This document shows positions 17,953 to 27,426 of a stretch of 64,000 nt of DNA, piece by piece (within the stretch, counting starts at the first letter, position 1; every line of letters starts with the position of its first letter). Source of the DNA: an uncultured Gammaproteobacteria bacterium (lineage in GTDB: Bacteria; Patescibacteriota; Microgenomatia; Daviesbacterales; UBA10151); NCBI GenBank assembly GCA_964393525.1, contig CAYMTV010000002.1:23001-87000 (forward strand), read 5' to 3'. Made by a program: the position numbers and the translations under genes. The notes under the pieces were generated by a model. It searched no databases. It had not been told where the DNA came from and was given only the letters and a program-made list of their open reading frames with translations.

Positions 17953-19845
17953 CTAGAGAGAGATTGTTAAGTCCAAATCTGATGATAAATTAAATTCTTT
18001 TTTCTTTCCATTAACTTTTACCTCATATGGAAAATCTTTTGTACCCGGTTGTTTTTGGATTAAGATTTTGTACTCTTTTCCGGAGAATCCACCGGGGAGT
18101 TCATACTCAAATTCCAGTTTTCTTGAATTTTGTGGGCGAACTTCGATGAAAGCTTCAAAAACAGTTTTACCAAGTTCTTCCTCTATTGTTGTCACCTTGA
18201 CATCAGATCCCTTGGATTTAATCAGCTTGGAACCTTTTGGAACATAAATCCTGACATAATCCCGATTTCTTTGATTTAGCCAGGAAGTATATTTTTCCGG
18301 ATTCTTATATTCGATAGTCAGTTTATTTACTACTTTATCCTTTTTGGAACTGATGTCTAATTGAACGCTTTGGGTAACATAAATATTAGATTTGCCTCCG
18401 GCAAAATTTGAGTCATTTATATGCAGGTAGTCGCCTACAGGATTTTTGATTTGCCCTGTCCAGTTTAAATCGAAAAGTGCATTTTGGGTTCTACCATCAT
18501 GCATATAAAACATAACGTGCTTGGAGTTAGCAAGTTTAACTCCCGCATTTATAAATTCCGGGAGTTTATCTGTAGCAGACCCTAAAGCTCTTGCTAAAAT
18601 CTGCTGCATTAATGTCCCTAAAATAGCTTTTCTGTCTTCCTGTCCTTTTTCAATAATCTGAGCATAGTTTTCCAATTCATATATTACATTTGGGCAATTA
18701 CACCTTTTATCATAATCCGCCGAATAAGTAGTTCCAAAAACTTCTACCGGACCGGTAATTTTAATTAGTTCTTCCACAACATGGGTATCAATTAAAATAA
18801 TTCCATCCCAAGGTTTTCCTTCCCCCAAAAGATCATACATTCTTTCAAACTCCCTCATTGAAGTAGGTACATCGGGGGACAAATTTGAATCTCTCATTGC
18901 CCAAACAGTCCGGGGTTTTCCCGTTGTTTCAGGCAAATACTTAACAATTGGTTCAGGAGGCCTTATTGGGCAAACTTTGCTAATACAAACTCTCAAAAGT
19001 TTTTCATCCAGTCGGTAAATATCATCAGACTTAGATGAAGAAATTCTTCCTTTATCTAATTTCAAAAAAGCATAAGCAGTCATAAACCCGCCTGTTGCCC
19101 GAAGTTCTTTGTCGTTTTGGAATATTATCAGGTAGTTTTTGGCTGAAGGTTCTCCTAAAGCACTGGGTGCTACTTCCAAGGCAGGTCTGGCTTGAGAAAC
19201 CGCAATATAAGCACCGGTAATAAAATTCTTGGCAGTATCAATCTGCGATCTTATTCTTCTTGAACCCCATTTCTCCGGGTATTTACCTACATCAACCGAC
19301 TTTACTTCCTCGGCGGCTTTCTTAAACTCCGGCTCTACCTTATCAAGCTGTGGAATAACTTTATCCAGGACCTTAACCATTTGGGCAACCTTATCCTTTC
19401 CGGGCTTTGGCTGGCCGTTAAAACCCAACTCATTTTTATAAGGATCAAGCCCTTCGGCCAGAGTACTTACTGCAGTAAGCTCGTAGCCGGCAGCTTTAGC
19501 AAAGTGCTTCGCATCCCAGTAAAAACCCCCAAAGTATGGAATAAATCCACTCCAGATAAGAAATGTCAAAGAGGTATTAAGCCCGTCACTTCCTTTTTTC
19601 ATTTCTTTTAGGTTCTTTCTAATCTCATCCAGATTATCATTTTTGGCGGCGGCCGAAACAGCCCGAGCCGATGCTACGATTGATTTAGCGGAAGAATATG
19701 CTCCTCTTAAAGGCAGGTAAAGTCCAATAAAAAGGATAAGCAAAATCACCAAAAGTCTGATAAAAAATTTTTTAGGACTTCTTCGGGAAGAGTTGGTATA
19801 GGTTCTTCTACTGTTTAAAGCTCTGTTAAGATTGGTAAAGGGCAT
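17953..19845 (-). CDS. DUF4012-like large membrane-anchored protein of unknown function
   Basis: Basic N-terminus plus a TM helix, then a large extracytoplasmic domain containing the NYLIIFQNDKELRATGGFMTAYAFL motif. This matches the QN-x-ELRxTGG signature I associate with the DUF4012 family. Confidence 0.5.
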   Translation of the reverse strand: MPFTNLNRALNSRRTYTNSSRRSPKKFFIRLLVILLILFIGLYLPLRGAYSSAKSIVASARAVSAAAKNDNLDEIRKNLKEMKKGSDGLNTSLTFLIWSGFIPYFGGFYWDAKHFAKAAGYELTAVSTLAEGLDPYKNELGFNGQPKPGKDKVAQMVKVLDKVIPQLDKVEPEFKKAAEEVKSVDVGKYPEKWGSRRIRSQIDTAKNFITGAYIAVSQARPALEVAPSALGEPSAKNYLIIFQNDKELRATGGFMTAYAFLKLDKGRISSSKSDDIYRLDEKLLRVCISKVCPIRPPEPIVKYLPETTGKPRTVWAMRDSNLSPDVPTSMREFERMYDLLGEGKPWDGIILIDTHVVEELIKITGPVEVFGTTYSADYDKRCNCPNVIYELENYAQIIEKGQEDRKAILGTLMQQILARALGSATDKLPEFINAGVKLANSKHVMFYMHDGRTQNALFDLNWTGQIKNPVGDYLHINDSNFAGGKSNIYVTQSVQLDISSKKDKVVNKLTIEYKNPEKYTSWLNQRNRDYVRIYVPKGSKLIKSKGSDVKVTTIEEELGKTVFEAFIEVRPQNSRKLEFEYELPGGFSGKEYKILIQKQPGTKDFPYEVKVNGKKKEFNLSSDLDLTISL

Positions 19846-19879
19846 ACGTCGCTTCGCTCCAATTCAAAAATAACACACC

Positions 19880-19901
19880 CAATTAGATTTCAATCTAATT
19901 G
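19880..19901. promoter_or_regulatory. Perfect 10-bp inverted repeat (caattagatt-tc-aatctaattg), a candidate operator or weak hairpin between the PGT gene and the DUF4012 gene
   Basis: Palindrome read directly. Lies 35 bp upstream of the DUF4012 start codon. Confidence 0.25.
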
Positions 19902-19980
19902 TAAAATTAAAATGCAAAATTTTTGAACGGAGTAAGAAGTTATTATAATTTTAAACTTTAAACTTTCAACTTTCAACTTA

Positions 19981-20634
19981 TTAGACAGCACCCTTACCCA
20001 TAAGTACTGCAGGAATAGTTTTTAAAATTATATAGATATCAAAAAGAATCGATCTTCTTTGAACATATTGGGCATCCATCTCGACTCTTTTATCAAAATT
20101 AATCTCAGATCTGCCCGATACTTGCCAAACTCCTGTCAGGCCAGGTTTGGCAGAAAGGATAATTTTAACAAACTCTTTAGAACTTGGGTATTTTTTCTGC
20201 TGGTCTTCCAGTTCAAACGGGTAATATGCCCTAGGTCCAACAAGTGTCATATCTCCTTCTAAAATATTGATAAACTGAGGAAATTCGTCAACCGAGAACT
20301 TTCTAATAAATTTTCCCACTTTGGTAATTCTCGGATCATCCGGGATTTTATAGCTGTTTTGCTTATATTGTTTTAGAAGTTGGGGGTTTTTATGAAGGAG
20401 CTCTTGGGCTCCCTGAACCATTGAGCGGAATTTATACATCTTAAAAAGCTTTCCGTGTTTACCAACACGCATCGGGGTATCGGCCATGATCGGCCCTTTT
20501 GAATTAATTTTTATGGCAATAGCAGCAAGGAATAATACAGGAGAAAAAATAACTAGCCCTACTACTGACCCCACAATATCCATCAACCTTTTAACTACGT
20601 CATAAAACATATTTTCAAAGTTTAATCTGTTCAA
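19981..20634 (-). CDS. Polyprenyl-phosphate sugar-1-phosphate transferase (small Bac_transf/PglC/WbaP-type initiating phosphoglycosyl transferase)
   Basis: Re-entrant helix followed by a KFRSM motif and DEFPQFINILEGDMTLVGPRA. Confidence 0.85.
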   Translation of the reverse strand: MNRLNFENMFYDVVKRLMDIVGSVVGLVIFSPVLFLAAIAIKINSKGPIMADTPMRVGKHGKLFKMYKFRSMVQGAQELLHKNPQLLKQYKQNSYKIPDDPRITKVGKFIRKFSVDEFPQFINILEGDMTLVGPRAYYPFELEDQQKKYPSSKEFVKIILSAKPGLTGVWQVSGRSEINFDKRVEMDAQYVQRRSILFDIYIILKTIPAVLMGKGAV

Positions 20635-21682
20635 TAAAGTTTAGCAAATTTTTTTTAAAAATTTCTTTGCTGAATTTTTCGGCATTCTCCCGGCATTTTT
20701 CAGGGTTAATACTCAAAGATCTAAATTTGTTAATAGCCATAATTAAACTTCCAACTTCTTGTCTGTTAAAAAATACTCCGGTTTCTCCTTTCTTTACTGT
20801 CTCCAATGCTCCACCTCTTTTAAATGCAATAACCGGCTTACCCATGGCCTGGGCTTCTATCGCAGTTAAACCAAAATCTTCCTCCCCTGTAATAATCAAA
20901 GCTTTGCATCCCGCCAGTAAATTTATCAACAATCTTTCCGATGCACTTTTTATAAATTCAATATTTGAAGTGGCACTCCCTTTTAAGAAATTCAGCTGTG
21001 GACCCTGGCCGACAATAATTAACCTGTCACCTATCTTATTAAACAACCTTACTGCCAAATATATTCTTTTATACCTGTTGAGCCGGGATATTATTAAAAA
21101 GTATCCGCCATCAAAACTTTCATATTTATTGTATTTTTCTAAATCGACAAAAGGATATAAGACTTCACTTTCTTTTTTATAAATTTTTTTGATTCTTTTT
21201 TTTGCGTTTTTTGATCCTGCTAAATAAAAATCCGCCCTGTTTGATGTAATCTGATCATAAACTTTTAAAAAACTGATTAAGGGAGTGAGTAATTTTGAAA
21301 CTTTCTCTCCTGATAACCCCCAAATAAACCTGGGCGGTGTGTGACAGTAACTTATATGGACGGTCTCCGGTTTGGTGATTATAGATTTTGCAAATCTGGT
21401 GGTATGAGAAATAACTAAATCAAACTTAGAAAAATCAAACTGTTCAAATGCAATTGGATAAAGCGGTAAAAGCGGTTTATAAAGACTTCTCCAGCCCGGA
21501 ATGTTTTGCATAAAAGAAGTTACAATTTTTTTCCCGGAGAAGTTTTCGGCTATGAACTTATTTTTTTCATCATAAACGGCAGTAAAAATTGGAGCATCCG
21601 GAAAGACTTCTGAGATTGCCAGCAAAACTTTTTCAGCTCCACCCCACTGGACTAAATCATCATGCACCAAAGCTATGCGCAT
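20615..21682 (-). CDS. GT4-family (GT-B) glycosyltransferase
   Basis: EX7E region EDFGLTAIEAQAMGKPVIAF; two-domain GT-B layout. Confidence 0.85.
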   Translation of the reverse strand: MRIALVHDDLVQWGGAEKVLLAISEVFPDAPIFTAVYDEKNKFIAENFSGKKIVTSFMQNIPGWRSLYKPLLPLYPIAFEQFDFSKFDLVISHTTRFAKSIITKPETVHISYCHTPPRFIWGLSGEKVSKLLTPLISFLKVYDQITSNRADFYLAGSKNAKKRIKKIYKKESEVLYPFVDLEKYNKYESFDGGYFLIISRLNRYKRIYLAVRLFNKIGDRLIIVGQGPQLNFLKGSATSNIEFIKSASERLLINLLAGCKALIITGEEDFGLTAIEAQAMGKPVIAFKRGGALETVKKGETGVFFNRQEVGSLIMAINKFRSLSINPEKCRENAEKFSKEIFKKNLLNFIEQIKL

Positions 21683-21699
21683 GATATCATTCTACCATT

Positions 21700-22632
21700 A
21701 TGAGCGACTACCATACCCCAGTTATGTTAAGTGAAGTTTTGGAGTATTTAGAAGTGCAAAAAGACCAGTGGTATATAGACTGTAATTTGGGGGGTGGAGG
21801 ACATACTGAAGGGATTTTAAAAAAAGGTGGGAAAGTTTTGGGGATAGATTTAGATCCTGATGCAATTTTAGAAGTGGTAAAAAACCATGATTTAACTAGA
21901 CAATATTCTCACGATCGTGAACTTTTTGTCTCAGAGGATTTGATTATAATCCAAGATAATTTTAAAAATATTTCTGATATCGTTGCTGTTACTCAAGAAG
22001 CAATCTCTAAACCAATTCGAATTCGTGGAATTTTATTTGATTTAGGCGTTTCTACCCATCAATTAGAGGAAGCGGAAAGAGGTTTTAGTTTTAACTTGGA
22101 TGCTCCATTGGACATGCGGATGGATAAATCCTTTACTATTTCGGCAAAGGATCTAGTAAACGGGCTTCATGAAAAAGAGTTGGCGGAGCTTTTTTGGAAA
22201 CTGGGTGAAGAAAATTTTTCAAGACCTATTGCTAAAAAGATAATTGAGTATCGAAAAACAAAATTGATTGAAACTACTAATGAGCTGGCAAATATTATTT
22301 TATCTGTCAGAAGGAGGAGCCCTTCAGATAGAACCCATCCTGCAACCAGAGTTTTCCAGGCCCTAAGAATTGCAGTAAATGATGAGTTAAACTCGCTTAG
22401 GGAAGCTTTACCCAAGGCTTTTGAGGTCTTGGAAAAAGGTGGCAGACTAGTTGTAATTAGTTTCCACTCTTTGGAAGATAGAATTGTTAAAAATTACTTC
22501 CGTGACTGGGAAATGGAGAAGAAAGCCAAAGTCCTTACTGATAAACCAATGGAACCAACTGAAGATGAAGTTTCCCAAAACCCCAGGGCAAGATCAGGTA
22601 AGTTAAGAGCTATTGAAAAAGTTTCCATTTAA
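21700..22632 (+). CDS. rsmH: 16S rRNA m4C1402 methyltransferase RsmH (MraW)
   Basis: MSDYHTPVMLSEVLEYL...DCNLGGGGHTEGIL (SAM-binding GGGGH); C-terminal FHSLEDRIVK motif. Confidence 0.93.
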   Translation: MSDYHTPVMLSEVLEYLEVQKDQWYIDCNLGGGGHTEGILKKGGKVLGIDLDPDAILEVVKNHDLTRQYSHDRELFVSEDLIIIQDNFKNISDIVAVTQEAISKPIRIRGILFDLGVSTHQLEEAERGFSFNLDAPLDMRMDKSFTISAKDLVNGLHEKELAELFWKLGEENFSRPIAKKIIEYRKTKLIETTNELANIILSVRRRSPSDRTHPATRVFQALRIAVNDELNSLREALPKAFEVLEKGGRLVVISFHSLEDRIVKNYFRDWEMEKKAKVLTDKPMEPTEDEVSQNPRARSGKLRAIEKVSI

Positions 22633-22652
22633 TGTTGGAATACAAATCCTAA

Positions 22653-23075
22653 ATGGTTAATGAGATATTACAATACGGCAAGAAAATTACCGGAGATTGG
22701 AATTTTTCTTTTTCTGGAAGGGAAAGATTAGCTTCTCTGGTAATCTTAATGCCAACTGGAATTGCAGATTTATCACTCAGATCCATGCAAAGTGGCCCCG
22801 AGTTTGTTACAAGTTTTGGACATGATATTATAACGGGTTTTGCTAGTTACCATTTATTTAAATTTATGGGCATAAACCCTAAAAGTAAATCCTATAATGC
22901 GGTAATGGGGTTTATTATGCCTTCAACTTATGAAATATCACAAGGTTTAGGTTTATGGAAAGGTACATTTGATTGGAATGATTTCCTGGCTTATGGAGCG
23001 GGTGTAGCCATAGGAGTCGGGATAGACTTAACTTTACATAGAGCGGGTCATACTCAATTTCAGTTAGAAGCGTAG
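22653..23075 (+). CDS. Hypothetical protein (140 aa)
   Basis: Open frame with genome-typical composition directly downstream of rsmH. No TM or recognisable motif. Its 3' end overlaps a convergent GT4 gene. Confidence 0.3.
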   Translation: MVNEILQYGKKITGDWNFSFSGRERLASLVILMPTGIADLSLRSMQSGPEFVTSFGHDIITGFASYHLFKFMGINPKSKSYNAVMGFIMPSTYEISQGLGLWKGTFDWNDFLAYGAGVAIGVGIDLTLHRAGHTQFQLEA

Positions 23076-24229
23076 ATTTTTAAAGTTTTTCCTGCTAAAT
23101 CTTTCCAATTGAATTGCTTATACCTTTTTTGTCCTTTCTTAATTAATTCACTCCTTACTGTTTCACTATTTAATACATCCATTATTTTTTGCTCCATGTC
23201 ACTAGATTCCTCGCGGAGTTTATCTCGAGCGAAGCCGAGAGACTCGGAATGACGAGGAAGGAGAGGATCAAAATACAAAGCAGCATTTCCGCCAATTTCC
23301 GGAAGCGAACCCTTATCTGAAGAAACCACAGGGCATTTGCATGCCATTGCTTCAAGAAGTGGGATACCGAACCCTTCTTCAAATGACGGCATTACAAAAC
23401 ACTTGGCGCTTTTGTATAAACAGATCAAATCCTTATCATCAATATACCCAGTGTAAATAATATCTTTTTGTTTGAACTCCTTTTTAATCCTTTCCCAAAA
23501 ATAATGGTCACTACCAGATAAAACTAATTGTAGATATTGGTAATTGTTTCTTAAATTTAAAAAGGTTTTTATTAACCCTTCCACATTTTTATGCGGATGG
23601 GCATTCCCAACATAAAAGATGAACGGTGGTTTAATTTGATATTTTTTTAAAGCTTTCCCAATTTCACTTTCTGTACAACAAGTCGCGGCCGCGATTAGTT
23701 GTTCTTCAACCCCCTCATAAGTTACTGCTATTTTATCTTGGTTAACATCCCATTTGTTTATTATTTGTTGTTTGACAAAATTAGATGGAACAATAACTTT
23801 TTGAGACTTCTTTAAGGCTGAGTTAAATACTTTTTTATAGCCCCATTGCTTTAATTTATAAACTAAAGGGTTTAAGGTCGTAGCTCTCCTCATCTGGAAA
23901 TGCTCATGGATTAGGTCGTGAATTGTAACAACAAATTTACCTCTGTATAAAATTGGAACATTAAAATGTGGGAAATGAACTAAATCTAATTTATATTTAT
24001 TTAAAAGGATTGGGAATTTAATTTGTTCTGATACTCCATACCATTTAAAATTGGCTAAAACTTTATGAAACTTCTTGTTATGATAGTCTAGTCTATAATA
24101 CTCGGGATGTGCTAAAAAAATATAATACTCATTTTTAGTATCTAACTTTTGTAAATTAAAAACTAAATTTCTGATGTATCTTCCAACTCCGGATTGCGAC
24201 CATAACCTGGCATCAATTCCTATGCGCAT
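23060..24229 (-). CDS. GT4-family glycosyltransferase
   Basis: FEEGFGIPLLEAMACKCPVVSSDKGSLPEIGGNAALYFDP. Carries an unusual GC-rich palindromic segment near its 3' end. Confidence 0.85.
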   Translation of the reverse strand: MRIGIDARLWSQSGVGRYIRNLVFNLQKLDTKNEYYIFLAHPEYYRLDYHNKKFHKVLANFKWYGVSEQIKFPILLNKYKLDLVHFPHFNVPILYRGKFVVTIHDLIHEHFQMRRATTLNPLVYKLKQWGYKKVFNSALKKSQKVIVPSNFVKQQIINKWDVNQDKIAVTYEGVEEQLIAAATCCTESEIGKALKKYQIKPPFIFYVGNAHPHKNVEGLIKTFLNLRNNYQYLQLVLSGSDHYFWERIKKEFKQKDIIYTGYIDDKDLICLYKSAKCFVMPSFEEGFGIPLLEAMACKCPVVSSDKGSLPEIGGNAALYFDPLLPRHSESLGFARDKLREESSDMEQKIMDVLNSETVRSELIKKGQKRYKQFNWKDLAGKTLKIYASN

Positions 24230-25102
24230 TTAAACCACCATTTTCCTTCTTGCCTGCCACTCTCTTAAATTGATCCCAAGATATACCAGCCAGTTTATAA
24301 AGAAAGGGTATTTTTTTTCGTAATGCTTTTTATAAAAAGTCCTCATTGACTCATAAAAAGACTCAAACGCCTTAAGTTTTGTTTGTTTATCAGCCTGGGC
24401 TATATCCTGAGAATGTTTCTTAAGTCCTGAAGATACTCCTTTTTGGTGGATTACTTCCACAGAAGGTTCGTAAATAATTTTATAACCCGACTTTTTGATC
24501 CGAAAACAAAGATCAATATCTTCAGCATACAAAAAATAATCCTCATCAAATGACCCAACCTGATCCAAAACCGATTTTCTGGTAAAGAAGAAAGCTCCAG
24601 CTATACTGTCTACTTCATGAGTTTTAGTCATATCTTTATAAGTTAAATGATAAAGGCTATCGTTTTGAAAAAAGTGATAAAGAAATGAGGCCCAAGGAGT
24701 AGGAAAACCGCGGTGAGCCGTAAGATCAATACTCCCATTTCCCAAAACAATTTTGCAAGTTGCAGCACCGATTTTTACATCCGAATTCATTAGCCCAATC
24801 ATCTTAGACAAAACACCCTTTTGAATTTTCGTGTCGGGGTTTAGAAGAAGAACATATTCGGTTTTAACAGCCCTGAGTGCCAAATTATTGGCTTTACCGA
24901 AACCCAAATTCAGGCGGTTTACAATAAAAGCTACGTCATTAAATTTTTCCTTAGCCTTTTTTATACTGTCATCGGTTGAGGCATTATCGACAACATAAGT
25001 GAAAATATCTGCCTCATCCGAAACTTTTTCTATCGACTCAAGGCATTCGAGTAAATAATCACCCGAATTAAAATTAACAATAATAATAGAAAGTTCAGCC
25101 AT
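24230..25102 (-). CDS. GT2-family (GT-A) glycosyltransferase
   Basis: LSIIIVNFNSGDYL...VVDNASTDDS; DxD-type YAEDIDL. Confidence 0.85.
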   Translation of the reverse strand: MAELSIIIVNFNSGDYLLECLESIEKVSDEADIFTYVVDNASTDDSIKKAKEKFNDVAFIVNRLNLGFGKANNLALRAVKTEYVLLLNPDTKIQKGVLSKMIGLMNSDVKIGAATCKIVLGNGSIDLTAHRGFPTPWASFLYHFFQNDSLYHLTYKDMTKTHEVDSIAGAFFFTRKSVLDQVGSFDEDYFLYAEDIDLCFRIKKSGYKIIYEPSVEVIHQKGVSSGLKKHSQDIAQADKQTKLKAFESFYESMRTFYKKHYEKKYPFFINWLVYLGINLREWQARRKMVV

Positions 25103-26282
25103 GACTTACCTCAATATAGACTCCGTTCAATTTTTGGCTTATCGGTCCCCAATCATATTTTTGACTCACCATTTTTTTGGCATTTTCGGCAAGCTTGTCC
25201 CTTCTTGCTTTGTCTCTTAAAAGCTCCACAGTTGCATCGGCAATTTCCTTGTAACCGTCTCTGATTAATACTTCTTTACCGTCTTCCGCCTCAGTCCCTC
25301 CTATGCCGATCGAGGTTGTTATAACCGGAAGACCGGAGGCAAAAGCCTCAAAATTTTTATATCTGGTGCCCCCCGAGCCATAGATCGGAGCCACCAGCAC
25401 GGTTGCCATCTGGTAGGCTTCCCTGACATCCTCAACTTCATCAACCCTGACATCTTTGCCAGAGAATTTCGAGAAAAAATTTTGGGCGTCTTTTCCGATA
25501 ATCCAAAGTTTGGCATCTGAAACTTCTTTTTTTACCCTTGGCCAAATCCGGTTATAAAGTATTTCAACAGCTTCCCGATTTTGTAACCAGGTGAAGTTGC
25601 CTAGATATAGGATAACGGGTATTTTTGGTTTATCAACTAACTTCTTGGCAAAACTCTCGCTGTCTACGCCGTTTGGGACAATATCAACATCAAGTGAGGG
25701 AATCTGTGATTGCATGATTTTTTTATCTTCATCTGACATGGCAACTACTTTGGCAGCCTGTTTCCAATATCTTGATTCCCAATATTTCATTTTGGCTACG
25801 TCAATATACAAAAGAGGTTTCAATATGGGTATCTTAAAATTATCAACATAATGCTGGTAAACTCTATACTCAATAGTTTGATCAACTAAAACGATTGGAA
25901 TATTAGTTTTTGGGATATGGGGCATTACATAAAAAGTTTCAGCATGGATAAGACCGAATTTTTCTACCGCTAATTTTTTTTCAATAGCTCTTCTCTCACC
26001 GGTTGCCCAATTTCTGATCACCAAAAATGGATAGAAGCTAAATCCGGTGGTTAAAATATTAGTGAGTGTCCAGGGTTTCTCTGGACGCCGAAAAACTTGA
26101 ACTTCTTTACAGAATTTTTCAAGCTCAGGTATATAATTTCTCTCGTGATCTTTCTTAACCAGGCAAAATAGGGTTATCTCATGACCCAGCTCTGATATTC
26201 TTTTAATCAGGTTGTATGAGCGGGTCTGGCCTCCCGTCACCAGAGGATAAGGTAAGTAAGGCGTTAACATTAAAATCTTCAT
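25095..26282 (-). CDS. GT4-family glycosyltransferase
   Basis: EAFASGLPVITTSIGIGGTEAEDGKEVL; GT-B fold. Confidence 0.85.
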   Translation of the reverse strand: MKILMLTPYLPYPLVTGGQTRSYNLIKRISELGHEITLFCLVKKDHERNYIPELEKFCKEVQVFRRPEKPWTLTNILTTGFSFYPFLVIRNWATGERRAIEKKLAVEKFGLIHAETFYVMPHIPKTNIPIVLVDQTIEYRVYQHYVDNFKIPILKPLLYIDVAKMKYWESRYWKQAAKVVAMSDEDKKIMQSQIPSLDVDIVPNGVDSESFAKKLVDKPKIPVILYLGNFTWLQNREAVEILYNRIWPRVKKEVSDAKLWIIGKDAQNFFSKFSGKDVRVDEVEDVREAYQMATVLVAPIYGSGGTRYKNFEAFASGLPVITTSIGIGGTEAEDGKEVLIRDGYKEIADATVELLRDKARRDKLAENAKKMVSQKYDWGPISQKLNGVYIEVSHG

Positions 26283-27421
26283 TGTTGTAATAATTTAAAC
26301 AGTCTTTTTTTTAATAAATTTGACTCATTTAATACCAATATGCCTATTCCAATGTTAATCCAAAAACTTTTAAATAGTACTGTCTCCCCGGTGCCCCAAC
26401 TTCCGGTGCTTAAAAAATTGTAATAATTTACAACCATCATAAACCCAATCAAATAAATCAACACCCACGATGAAGTTTTTAAATTTAAAAATGGCAAAAA
26501 CATATATAACCAAGTGTAATACCATAGTTGCCCGCCTTTAATTTGCAAGTATATAAATATTGCTAAACATAAAAATTTAAAAAAGATAGATCTTAAATTT
26601 TCTTTTAGAAAGATTGCTGGCAACGCCAGGAAACTTATATATTTTACTAGAACGGAAGCCAAAAATGAAAGCCAGCCCAAAATTGGGCGCTTTTTGGATA
26701 AAGCAAACATTGCTAAAAAAAAGAGACTAATCATTATTAAATCATTGTGTGAATTCATAAGTAGTTCTATTATCAAAAGAGGATTCAAAAACCACAAGGC
26801 AAAAACTTTTTTTTCTTGAGTAAGTTTGTAAAGAACTACACCAGATAAAAAGAAAACTAAAGCATTCAAAAGTTTTATTCCAAAAAAATTTAAAATAATT
26901 CTGCTTCCTGAAAATAAAATCGTCGGAATTAGGTAATAGAATAAAGATATCGGTCCGTATTGATAAGTACTGTCTACATTACGCGTAAAGCTTAATGCAA
27001 AATCTTCTTCTATAAATTCTATAGGAAGTACTGTAAATGGATTTACATGATACTGCCAAACCATCTTAGAATAAAACATATAGGAGAAAATATCATGAGA
27101 CAAAAAGGGATAGGAAAAAGAAAAAATTAAGGTGGTAATTGCAAACACTAGGAGTAATTTTTTTAAACTAAACTGTTTTGAAAATTTCGTTAAAAAGATT
27201 AATTGTAGAACAAAAAGTATAAAAGCTAAACTTATAAAGATGGGTGCCAAAAATTCCCTATTGGTATTTCCAAAATCCCTCAAGTTATGCAGGAAATTTA
27301 ACTGCTCGCGGGTTTGAGAAAGTGTCAATATTAAACCAAAATCCACCCAAAAATATGAAAATATAAAAAAGCCAGTCGTAGAAAGAATGAGTGCTGCCAA
27401 AAAAAGGTTGGGCTTACTCAT
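26279..27421 (-). CDS. Polytopic membrane protein, DUF2029/GT87-like (polyprenol-phosphate-dependent mannosyltransferase-like GT-C)
   Basis: About 10 TM helices. First-loop motif LSHDIFSYMFYSKMV resembles the S-x-D-x-x-x-Y signature of GT87/DUF2029. Confidence 0.5.
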   Translation of the reverse strand: MSKPNLFLAALILSTTGFFIFSYFWVDFGLILTLSQTREQLNFLHNLRDFGNTNREFLAPIFISLAFILFVLQLIFLTKFSKQFSLKKLLLVFAITTLIFSFSYPFLSHDIFSYMFYSKMVWQYHVNPFTVLPIEFIEEDFALSFTRNVDSTYQYGPISLFYYLIPTILFSGSRIILNFFGIKLLNALVFFLSGVVLYKLTQEKKVFALWFLNPLLIIELLMNSHNDLIMISLFFLAMFALSKKRPILGWLSFLASVLVKYISFLALPAIFLKENLRSIFFKFLCLAIFIYLQIKGGQLWYYTWLYMFLPFLNLKTSSWVLIYLIGFMMVVNYYNFLSTGSWGTGETVLFKSFWINIGIGILVLNESNLLKKRLFKLLQQ

Positions 27422-27426
27422 GACGC

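Noticed and set aside
23182-23382. 66-aa minus-strand ORF nested within the GT4 gene at 23060-24229
   Set aside because: It is an alternative frame of the same strand within a well-supported GT4 gene. It overlaps the GC-rich palindromic segment, so it is an artefact of that.
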